IMG/VR virus record: IMGVR_UViG_3300032334_002567
Coordinates: 310,001 to 374,000 of that record
DNA length: 64,000 bases
Reading direction: 5' to 3' (one strand)
The translations under genes were made by a program, and so were the position numbers. Positions 55,877-64,000 of this stretch are shown here, one piece after another. Numbering within the stretch: the first letter of the stretch is position 1; each line of letters starts with the position of its first letter. The notes beneath the pieces are model-generated. The model made no database searches and was not told the origin of the DNA. It saw only the letters and a program-made list of their open reading frames with translations.

Positions 55877-56305
55877 ATGAAAAAATTTTTAGGAGCACCA
55901 TACCCTATAGAAAAAAATCCGAATGGTTTTCTATATTCACAAAGTGGAATAAATCAAATAAAAGCAGATATGCTTATATTACTTTTGACTAATCCTGGCG
56001 AGCGTGTAATGAATCCTGCGTATGGGACTCCTTTAAAAAAGTTAATATTTGAGCCAAATGACGAAATTTTAAAACAAAAAGCCAGAAATATAATTTTTAA
56101 CTCAATTAGTAGATGGGAACCTAGAGTAGTAATAAATCAGGTTGAGGTTTTAACTAATATTGAAAATTCTTCTCTAAATAGCAATGACGACCTAACAGAA
56201 AAAAGTCACATTCTATTTGTTAGAATTATTTTTATAGATCCTCAAAACATACAACAAGTACAAGAACTGACCTTAGAAGTCCCATTAGCTGGAACAGGAG
56301 CTTGA
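55877..56305 (+). CDS. gp25-like baseplate wedge subunit
   Basis: LLTNPGER.MNP.YG..L..L.FEP...I..WEPRV. Confidence 0.9.
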   Translation: MKKFLGAPYPIEKNPNGFLYSQSGINQIKADMLILLLTNPGERVMNPAYGTPLKKLIFEPNDEILKQKARNIIFNSISRWEPRVVINQVEVLTNIENSSLNSNDDLTEKSHILFVRIIFIDPQNIQQVQELTLEVPLAGTGA

Positions 56306-56306
56306 T

Positions 56307-57863
56307 ATGCCAATAAACAATTGTCCATTTGATGTTACGCCTTATTCACAATCAAATAATATTGTTACACCAAATATATTTAATTTAAATTATACTAATC
56401 AAGACTACTGGTCTATGAAGACTAGGCTTATAGACTTTATAAGACAAAAATTTGATAAAGAGTTCTCAGACTTTGTTGAGTCTTCTTTAGCAATAATGTT
56501 AATAGAGAATTGGGCTTTTATTGCAGATACTTTAAGTTTTAAGATGGATCAAATTGCAAATGAAGTTTTTATAGACACAGTTACAGAATTAGAAAATGCC
56601 TTCAGACTAGCAAAATTGGTAGGGTTTCAACCACAGCCTCCTATAGCAGCTAGTTCATTGTGGACAGCTAGACTCAACAACCCTTTACTTTCTGACGTAG
56701 TTGTTCCGGCTCCTTTTGCAATAGAAACTACAGCAGGTGCAACTGGAATAGACTTAGAATTGTTCCCTGCCGATGCAAATAATAATCCTATTTTTAATCA
56801 AGATATAACAATACCTGCTGGAGGTGTGGTTAATGCGAGCATAGTTGGTCTAGAAGGAAAAACAAGAAAAATAAGCTCGGTAGGGGATGGATCTGTTGGA
56901 CAAACTATAACATTGAATAGAAACCCAGTAATATTTAATTCAGTTAGTGTAGAAGTTGATGGAGTTAAATGGACACAAGTAGAGTACTTTACAGACTCTC
57001 AGCCTAGAAGAGAGTATAGAGTAGAATATGACTCTACCTACACAGCTTATGTTATATTTGGCAACAATAGAGCTGGTCTGATTCCTTCTAAAGGAAGCAA
57101 AATATTAGTAACTTATAGAAATGGCGGAGGCAACATAGGCAATATAGTAAGTGGAACAATAACTAAACAAACCGTTATAAATGTATCAGGAATAGCTTAT
57201 CCAGTATCTGTTTCTTTTTCAAATTATACTAAGGGTCAGTATGGATATGATGGAGATACAATAATAGATATTAAAAATAAACTTCCAGCTTGGACAAGAG
57301 CCCAACAAAGAGCAGTAACGGGATTAGATTACAAAACTTTGGTAGATCTTTTTGCAACACCATATCAAGGCCAAATAGGCAAATCAACAGCAGTACTAAG
57401 AAACTATGGATGTTCAGGAAATATAATTGATATCTATGTATTAGCTTTAGATGGCACAGATAAATTAGCAGAAGCTAGTGATGAGTTAAAAGTTGAGCTT
57501 ACAAACTATTTGAACGAAGTAAAAATGCTAACAGATTATGTGTGTATTAAAAATGGATCAATAGTTATTGTAGATGCATCGATAGACGTAGTTCTAGATA
57601 GATTTTATAGAAAATTTGAAGATGAATTTAGAATAAAAATAGAAAGAAGAATAAATAATTTCTTTTCTTTACAAAAATGGGATTATAACAAAAATCTTAA
57701 AGATAGTGAAATTGTAAAAAGCTTATCTGATCTAAGAGAAATTAATAGAATAGATGTTAACTTTGTTACAAACGATGCAAATAACGGTGGTACAAATGTC
57801 ACAACTAAGTTTTATGAAATTATACGACCAGATCTAATTGAAATATCTTTTACATACGAGTGA
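56307..57863 (+). CDS. Baseplate J / gp6-like wedge protein
   Basis: Q.RAVT..DY, FGN...G.IP..G and V.Y..GGG..GN motifs. Confidence 0.85.
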   Translation: MPINNCPFDVTPYSQSNNIVTPNIFNLNYTNQDYWSMKTRLIDFIRQKFDKEFSDFVESSLAIMLIENWAFIADTLSFKMDQIANEVFIDTVTELENAFRLAKLVGFQPQPPIAASSLWTARLNNPLLSDVVVPAPFAIETTAGATGIDLELFPADANNNPIFNQDITIPAGGVVNASIVGLEGKTRKISSVGDGSVGQTITLNRNPVIFNSVSVEVDGVKWTQVEYFTDSQPRREYRVEYDSTYTAYVIFGNNRAGLIPSKGSKILVTYRNGGGNIGNIVSGTITKQTVINVSGIAYPVSVSFSNYTKGQYGYDGDTIIDIKNKLPAWTRAQQRAVTGLDYKTLVDLFATPYQGQIGKSTAVLRNYGCSGNIIDIYVLALDGTDKLAEASDELKVELTNYLNEVKMLTDYVCIKNGSIVIVDASIDVVLDRFYRKFEDEFRIKIERRINNFFSLQKWDYNKNLKDSEIVKSLSDLREINRIDVNFVTNDANNGGTNVTTKFYEIIRPDLIEISFTYE

Positions 57864-57870
57864 GGAAAAC

Positions 57871-60800
57871 TTGGCTGTTCTTACAATTAATGATAATCCT
57901 TCTATAAGTGATACAATAGTATTCGATCTAAACACAACTTTATCAAGTGAGTGTATTAGTGATCCGTATAAAGTTAATAGTATAGTCATATACTTTGTTT
58001 CCAGAGACTTTGCTAGTGGAAATACTCAATCTTATGAAAAAGAAGTATATGATACCAATAAATTAAGAGCGGCGGAAGAAGCAGAAGCCTTGGCTTGTAA
58101 TGATCCTACAGAAGATAATATTTTAAAAGCTAAGAAGTATAGAAATGAAGCGGAAGACAGCAAAAGCCTAAATTCTTTCTTTTTTAAAGAGGCTGTTCCA
58201 GTAAAAATAATTGGTACCGAGGGGTATCCAGCTTGGCTAAGCACCGATTTAGATGAAAATAACCATTTAAAAATACAACCTTTAGACAAAGTGGGTATAG
58301 GAAAATTTCAATATACATGGGAGCCAGAGGGAGCAAGAGAAGGAGATTACTTTATATGCTGGACTTGGACCCCTAATATAGCCGGGGATAGCTTTTCTTC
58401 TCATCAAAAATTTAGTTTGATGGGTGACACACAGACAACGACAAGTATACCCACGCATTTTACTGATCCTAAAAAGTATATTACTTTGCTTGACAAATAT
58501 ACTCCAGAGATGTTTAAAAATATTATAACTGATGGTGATAGAACTGCCGATGTTATTGATAAGTTTAATAAATCTATAGCAATGGGTTTTGATGTTCTGG
58601 AGAATTTGACAAATCAAATTGTGGATCTTCAAGATGCAAATTCATTGCATGAATTTTTAATTCCTTATCTATCAAACCTTTTTGGCTTAAAATTAAGTAC
58701 AGATGATCCCACACGTTGGCGTGGACAAATAAAAAGAGCCATTCCTTTGTACAAATCCAAAGGAACAAAAAGAGCACTACATGAAGCACTTGAACATAGT
58801 GGTACCACCCTTCATAGCGTTAAACAGCTTTGGCAGGTAATCTCTTCTTATACTTGGCAAGAATCTTTTGTTTACGATGGAACTAATAATACATTTATAT
58901 TAGAAAAAAATATTCAAGGAATAGACACAGACAATTTTGAAATTTATTGGAGAGCGGATTCAGGTGATTTATGGGAAGAATACGATTCAAACTATGTAAA
59001 TTTTAGCTATGAAGATGGCAAAACTATTATGACTTGGATTGGAGATCAAATAGCTGGAGAAGAAAAGAAAGTTTTAGAAGCTGGAGATGAGGTAAGAGTT
59101 TTATATTTGTATAGAGACATACCAAGTAGCTCACAGACTATAGAGAGTTACATAAGAACATTGCCTCTAATGGATACCAGAGATGGAGAACAACTTTCTG
59201 AATTTCCTCCAAAAAACTGGAACGTTCGGTTAATCTCAGAAGATGATCCAATGTTTAATATGGTTATACCAGATAGAAATCCATTTCACGACCCATTAAT
59301 TTATGGAAAGATAAGAACTGAATTTCCATATAGTGAAAACATCTATAACATGGAAGAATACAACGGAAGCATTAGAGACTCAAGAAATCCTTGTGATATT
59401 GATAAAAGATTCATAGACCCCTGTACGGCTTGTATAAGCAGCAACTACAATTTAGACTTAGAAGTTGAAGAGATATGTGATGATAAAATCTTAGAAGTAA
59501 AAGAAGTTATAAAAAACAATACGCCTTTTCATGCTGTTCTGTACAGTTGTAATTTTACTGGTGGTTTGAATGAATTCGTAGAACCTCCAGTAGAAAGCTT
59601 AGAAGTTCTAGCCACATATTCAGGCGGAGACTTTGTTCTTTCTGGCACCGCCGATCCTTATTTTCACAGAATAATGCTAAATGTAGAAACACAAGGAATA
59701 AAAAGAAATGAGCTGGCAAACAAAGACATTGTTTTTTCTGGAACTGGTTTGGCCTATAACGAAAAAATAGTAATGTTTTGTCCTTCTACGGTTTTATCAG
59801 ACTCTGGTTTATCAAGTGATGGCTCTTGTTATGTCGATGTCAAATCTCCTTCGCCTATAAGTGGACAGTACAACATAGTAGGAGCAAAAACAAATACAGT
59901 TGAACTAGCTAGTGCTGCAGAACCTTTGGATAGTTGTGATTCGGTCTTTGACTCATCAGAACTTAACTCTTGTGCTTTTACATTTGACATTAATGGTGAG
60001 ATGAACCTAATTAATGGCACTAATTGCAATATAGAACAAGATAATTTATATAAATTAAGTGATGAAAATGTAAACTTTTATGATCTTGGAGTCAAATCAC
60101 AGAAGGAACCTGCTTCTTGGAAGGTTTTAATAGAAGAATACTCAGCCACTCCTTATCTTATAAAAGATATATTGCCTAGCGGAGAATTAGTTCTAGAAAA
60201 TGACGGATCTTTACCCGCATCAAATGCATCAAATGTAATATACTCTATATTAAATAATGAAGATGAAGAAATAGTTCCATCAGAAACAGGAATGCTAAAT
60301 CTGGAAAAAAGAGGTTTGGTTACAGTGCTAAACTTGAAAATATCTGGCCTATTTTTAAATAAAGAATATTACCAAAAAGTTAGTGGCAATGAATATTTGG
60401 TAGGGGCAAAGATAATAGGAGAGGGCGGAGATCCAGATCAATATTATATAGAAGGATATAACCTTGGAGACATGAATGGAGTAGAAATAAAAATAATAGA
60501 AAAAATAATCAAATCTAAGGTGGGTTATCTTAGCTATAATGGTCTAAAGCTTAAGGTTGATGGAAATTTAGAGATGGATCTGAGTATACAAAATGGTGCA
60601 AGTCAAATTGGTGGTGATCTTTCAAATCCAAGTAATTTTTGGTTAGATAATAATAATTTTAAAGAGAATTTTATTATACTTCTTGATGAAGTGGCTTATT
60701 GGATATCTGAAATAGAGTATAATTCTGGTGGTAATTATACTATAATTACATTATCCGGTCCCAGTACATACTGGAAGACCTTACCTTTTGGTGGAACTAG

Positions 60801-61056
60801 TGTGAACATAGAAATATATCAATATGAGAAACTAGGTAGAACCATAATTGGACAAAATTTTGATCTTCCTGAACATGAATTCCAAACTATAGATAGGAGT
60901 GGAAGAGAAGTAATATACGGGATTGACACAAATCAAGACACAGTTGTAAGCCTATCTGAACCTGTAAAGCCCGAGGGTTTTAATGATTCTATAGGTCAAA
61001 AAGAAGAAATATCACTGAAAATTGAAAGAAAGAAAAAGGAGAATAAAGATGAATGA
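57871..61056 (+). CDS. Large baseplate wedge (tail protein I / gp7-like) protein
   Basis: L.YLSNLFG...R.QIK.AI.LYKSKGT.R.L motif; TTG start inferred from GAGGA. Confidence 0.7.
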   Translation: MAVLTINDNPSISDTIVFDLNTTLSSECISDPYKVNSIVIYFVSRDFASGNTQSYEKEVYDTNKLRAAEEAEALACNDPTEDNILKAKKYRNEAEDSKSLNSFFFKEAVPVKIIGTEGYPAWLSTDLDENNHLKIQPLDKVGIGKFQYTWEPEGAREGDYFICWTWTPNIAGDSFSSHQKFSLMGDTQTTTSIPTHFTDPKKYITLLDKYTPEMFKNIITDGDRTADVIDKFNKSIAMGFDVLENLTNQIVDLQDANSLHEFLIPYLSNLFGLKLSTDDPTRWRGQIKRAIPLYKSKGTKRALHEALEHSGTTLHSVKQLWQVISSYTWQESFVYDGTNNTFILEKNIQGIDTDNFEIYWRADSGDLWEEYDSNYVNFSYEDGKTIMTWIGDQIAGEEKKVLEAGDEVRVLYLYRDIPSSSQTIESYIRTLPLMDTRDGEQLSEFPPKNWNVRLISEDDPMFNMVIPDRNPFHDPLIYGKIRTEFPYSENIYNMEEYNGSIRDSRNPCDIDKRFIDPCTACISSNYNLDLEVEEICDDKILEVKEVIKNNTPFHAVLYSCNFTGGLNEFVEPPVESLEVLATYSGGDFVLSGTADPYFHRIMLNVETQGIKRNELANKDIVFSGTGLAYNEKIVMFCPSTVLSDSGLSSDGSCYVDVKSPSPISGQYNIVGAKTNTVELASAAEPLDSCDSVFDSSELNSCAFTFDINGEMNLINGTNCNIEQDNLYKLSDENVNFYDLGVKSQKEPASWKVLIEEYSATPYLIKDILPSGELVLENDGSLPASNASNVIYSILNNEDEEIVPSETGMLNLEKRGLVTVLNLKISGLFLNKEYYQKVSGNEYLVGAKIIGEGGDPDQYYIEGYNLGDMNGVEIKIIEKIIKSKVGYLSYNGLKLKVDGNLEMDLSIQNGASQIGGDLSNPSNFWLDNNNFKENFIILLDEVAYWISEIEYNSGGNYTIITLSGPSTYWKTLPFGGTSVNIEIYQYEKLGRTIIGQNFDLPEHEFQTIDRSGREVIYGIDTNQDTVVSLSEPVKPEGFNDSIGQKEEISLKIERKKKENKDE

Positions 61057-61519
61057 GGAAGTAAAAGTTTTTGGACATGTTTATGGTCAAATAGAACACA
61101 AAGATGGAACAAAAGTTCCTTTTGACTTCCCAAATACAATATTGTCAAAAGGAAGACAAGCTTTAGCCTCATCCTTAGCAAAGAACTTTACAGGAGACTT
61201 TGAATTCTATATTTCTAGAATGTTATTCGGTGACGGAGGTACTACTGAAGATGGGATAAAGAAGTATGTTAATACAAGCAGAGATGGTTTGTTTGGAACT
61301 TTAGTAGCATCAAAGCCAGTAATGTCTTCTGTCGATAGCAATATGCCATATCAGGCAATATTTACGTCTGTACTTAGGTTTGACGAAGCCAATGGATTAA
61401 TAAATGAAATGGCGCTACAGATGTCTAACGGCAACCTCTATAGTATGGTTACATTTCCGGATTTAAACAAAAGCGATGAAATGCAGATCACTTTTAATTG
61501 GAGACTCAGTTTTGTTTGA
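61049..61519 (+). CDS. Baseplate/tail-collar-associated protein
   Basis: N.I...GR..LA...I..M.FGDGG...F...EAN..INEMAL...W..SF pattern. Confidence 0.6.
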   Translation: MNEEVKVFGHVYGQIEHKDGTKVPFDFPNTILSKGRQALASSLAKNFTGDFEFYISRMLFGDGGTTEDGIKKYVNTSRDGLFGTLVASKPVMSSVDSNMPYQAIFTSVLRFDEANGLINEMALQMSNGNLYSMVTFPDLNKSDEMQITFNWRLSFV

Positions 61520-61653
61520 TTTGGGGGACAATGAAAAATTTTTGGCTAGATAAGTATGAAGAAAAAATAAAAAAACAAGAAGAAGCAGAAAAAGAAAACC
61601 AAAATAAAGATACAGAAGAAACAGAGTGGATACTAGACGTATAAGGAGATGTT

Positions 61654-62934
61654 ATGCCTGACTTAAATAAAATGCCGGTGCCAAAATATTCTGCTGATCA
61701 GCCCTACCATTGGGAGTATGATAATCTACCTCTACAGGCATTAGAAGATCGAGATATCGCAATAAACAATGCCGTAGATCAGCAAACTCAAATATTAGTA
61801 GATGCCGCAGGCACACAAGGAAATATTGCAAATAGGCTAGATCAGTCTATCAATGATGACGGCAATTTAAAGTCTTCCGCTGTTGATGAGACGATACACA
61901 ATGTAGCCAAACATTCAGATGGAACAATTACTGTAGATACAGAAGAACTAAATTTTTATGTTGACACATTAGGCTATTCAACAGTTGTCAACCCAGTTCC
62001 CTTTGTCAGAATGTTAGAGGCAGAAAGAAATAAACTTGCCTTGATTGCTGAAGAGGCTACGAATTTAAAGGTAGAGATTTGCACAGAGGATAGAGGGTTA
62101 GAATCAGCTTGTACATCTGAAAATAAAGTAAATCTTTTTGATGATGGAACTTTAAAGTTAAGGCCCTCAGACAGCATACACTGGGAGTTTGAGTCTCCAA
62201 ACATAATAAGACCAGTTTTGAGTGCTTCTTTAGAATTTGCTCATAGACATTATTATGATATTACACCAATATCACAATCGGAAGAACCAACAGAAACTGA
62301 ACTTTATTATAAAGTTTTTGATGTGACTTCTACCAACACGGCTTACACACCAGGAAGTTTAAGAGTTTATTTAAACGGAGTTAGATTGAGTGGTGAATCA
62401 GAAGTTTACTATCCTCCTGCAACTGATCAATCTAATTTAAATTTTTCTAAAAATCCCGAAATTTATCCCTCAAGTGTAGATACTGTACCCTCTCAACCTT
62501 TAAATTTGTCAGGATCACCAGCAAACGGATCTATAGTTCTTTCGTGGAATGCACCAGCTTCTAATGGTGGCAGCTCAATAACAAATTACGTTTATCAGTA
62601 TAGTACAAACAACGGTGTATCATGGTCTATAGCTGCGAGCACCAGTTCGACATCTACTACTTATACAGTAGGAGGCTTAACTAATGGAAAAGGGTATGTT
62701 TTTAGAATAGCTGCTGTAAACATAGTGGGTCGTGGCCCTTATACAACCCCAACTTCTGGGGTTTGGAGTGCAGGTAAGTGGTTGACTAACAAGTACACGG
62801 AAGATCCAAGAGGTGGAACTTTCACTCTTCTACATGCAATAACAGAATCAGATGTAATTAAAATAGATTTCGATGTTTGCGTGTCTAGTCTGCCTTGCCA
62901 AGCCGATCACATGGGCAGCCTTTCTGTAGAATAA
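61654..62934 (+). CDS. Virion protein with a fibronectin type III (Ig-like) domain
   Basis: P.NL.....NG.I.LSW.AP..NGGS.IT.Y...Y...GL.NG..Y.FRI.AVN..G.G. Confidence 0.8.
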   Translation: MPDLNKMPVPKYSADQPYHWEYDNLPLQALEDRDIAINNAVDQQTQILVDAAGTQGNIANRLDQSINDDGNLKSSAVDETIHNVAKHSDGTITVDTEELNFYVDTLGYSTVVNPVPFVRMLEAERNKLALIAEEATNLKVEICTEDRGLESACTSENKVNLFDDGTLKLRPSDSIHWEFESPNIIRPVLSASLEFAHRHYYDITPISQSEEPTETELYYKVFDVTSTNTAYTPGSLRVYLNGVRLSGESEVYYPPATDQSNLNFSKNPEIYPSSVDTVPSQPLNLSGSPANGSIVLSWNAPASNGGSSITNYVYQYSTNNGVSWSIAASTSSTSTTYTVGGLTNGKGYVFRIAAVNIVGRGPYTTPTSGVWSAGKWLTNKYTEDPRGGTFTLLHAITESDVIKIDFDVCVSSLPCQADHMGSLSVE

Positions 62935-62935
62935 T

Positions 62936-63472
62936 ATGAAACTATACGTAAAAAAGAAGCTAGATTATGGATTCATAATCTTGTGTCATGACAACAATAT
63001 TGGGCTACTAAAATCTACCGCAAATTCTATAAAAAGAAGGTATGAAGGGGTGCCATACATATGCATAACAGAAAAAGATGCTAAAACAATTGATATTAAA
63101 TCAATGAAAGATGTGTGCCCCACCTTTAAAGGAAAAAGTACTTTTAGCTCTTTGATAAACTCTGGAATGAAGAATACCAAAGCAGAATGGAATTTTATAG
63201 TCTTTGCAGGCACGACTGTACGAAGCAGAATGGACGAAAAATTTTTTCTATTTATCAATAGCAAAAAAGATGTTTTATTTCCTATTGCAGACAATAAAAC
63301 CGACTTTGTCAGCGGAACTTTGAATGGACTTTTATTGAATAAAGAAACTTTTAAAGAAATAGGAGATATAGAAGAAAATGGAAGCTTAGATTATGTAAAA
63401 ACTATGTGGGCCTGTGAGGCGATACAAAAAGGGTGTAATTTCAAGGCTATAGCAAATACAAAAATTTGTTAA
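62936..63472 (+). CDS. Degenerate GT2-like protein
   Basis: GFIIL...L..T..SI and EWNFIV pattern; no clear DxD. Confidence 0.45.
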   Translation: MKLYVKKKLDYGFIILCHDNNIGLLKSTANSIKRRYEGVPYICITEKDAKTIDIKSMKDVCPTFKGKSTFSSLINSGMKNTKAEWNFIVFAGTTVRSRMDEKFFLFINSKKDVLFPIADNKTDFVSGTLNGLLLNKETFKEIGDIEENGSLDYVKTMWACEAIQKGCNFKAIANTKIC

Positions 63473-63981
63473 ATGATTTCATAACAAAAATGCCATCTGT
63501 TGTTGTAAGAGTGCTTTCCATTGTCAACTTCTTGTAAATGATCGTAAATTTCATCCCAAGATCCAAAAAAATTAGAATGATCCATATATCCGTAGAACCA
63601 TGCAGGGACCTTTTCTTTTCCTTGAGGGCAAATTATAAATGTAGGTTTTTTTGAATCATTACTTCTAATAACCTCTTCTGTTGTGCCGGTTGTGGGAACT
63701 TTATATGGCATATAAGCTATAAGAAGATCGCATCTATCAACCATGCATAGGTCTTTTCTTACAAAGCATCTAGCTATACTTGCCATCCGTTCGTAATCTT
63801 TATTCTGTCTGGCGGTGGCTAACTCTTCTGTCCACTGGTTTTTGGGATCAGCATGTGGATCAAAAACAGAAAGACCGAACTTTTCAAATAAGTTTTTTTT
63901 CGGTTCATCTCTCCAATTTGGTCCAGAGTCAAACTCTATAGCTCCAGATAAATATACATTCTTTCCTTTTAAATAATTCAT
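63469..63981 (-). CDS. Nucleoside 2-deoxyribosyltransferase-like protein
   Basis: VYLSG.I, WR, DL..VD.CD..IAY and GT..E motifs. Confidence 0.8.
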   Translation of the reverse strand: MNYLKGKNVYLSGAIEFDSGPNWRDEPKKNLFEKFGLSVFDPHADPKNQWTEELATARQNKDYERMASIARCFVRKDLCMVDRCDLLIAYMPYKVPTTGTTEEVIRSNDSKKPTFIICPQGKEKVPAWFYGYMDHSNFFGSWDEIYDHLQEVDNGKHSYNNRWHFCYEII

Positions 63982-64000
63982 TTTTACTCCTGACTTTTTG

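Noticed and set aside
23130-62495. Partial matches to the core (TTTGTACCTA at about 23135, TGTACCCTC at about 62485)
   Set aside because: They are incomplete, lie inside coding sequence, and lack the N7-GT and C-rich leader.
13183-63981. Stop-codon reassignment, seen in some huge phages
   Set aside because: Long genes are intact under the standard code and TAA, TAG and TGA all end genes.

Overview
The window looks like part of a very large contractile-tailed (myovirus-type) phage genome; a Planctomycetota host is inferred, weakly, from the type of sigma factor it carries. It has three parts. (1) 1-12.6 kb is a relatively GC-rich array of about 38 short, co-oriented + strand genes, one tRNA-Leu and up to three structured RNAs. 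Most units begin with the same module: WTTGTACCCTA-N7-GT(TCRA)...CCCCAACGGAG-ATG. I counted 33 forward copies by eye, plus inverted copies, and saw none in the remaining 51 kb. A family of GC hairpins follows several genes, and five proteins end in Ala-Ala. This repeat-bounded gene/ncRNA cassette array is the most interesting system in the window. (2) 12.6-38 kb is AT-rich and carries accessory and late genes: ClpP-like protease, several glycosyltransferases, a 2H phosphoesterase, MscL, a sigma-70 factor, an amidinotransferase, caspase-like and trypsin-like proteases, PRTase, patatin, a degenerate CCA-enzyme homologue, an LpxH-like phosphoesterase, Pmp3 and a gp2-like end protector. (3) 38-64 kb holds a 4404-aa tape measure protein followed by a T4/CIS-like baseplate module. 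All family calls come from motifs recognised by eye; no database search was run.
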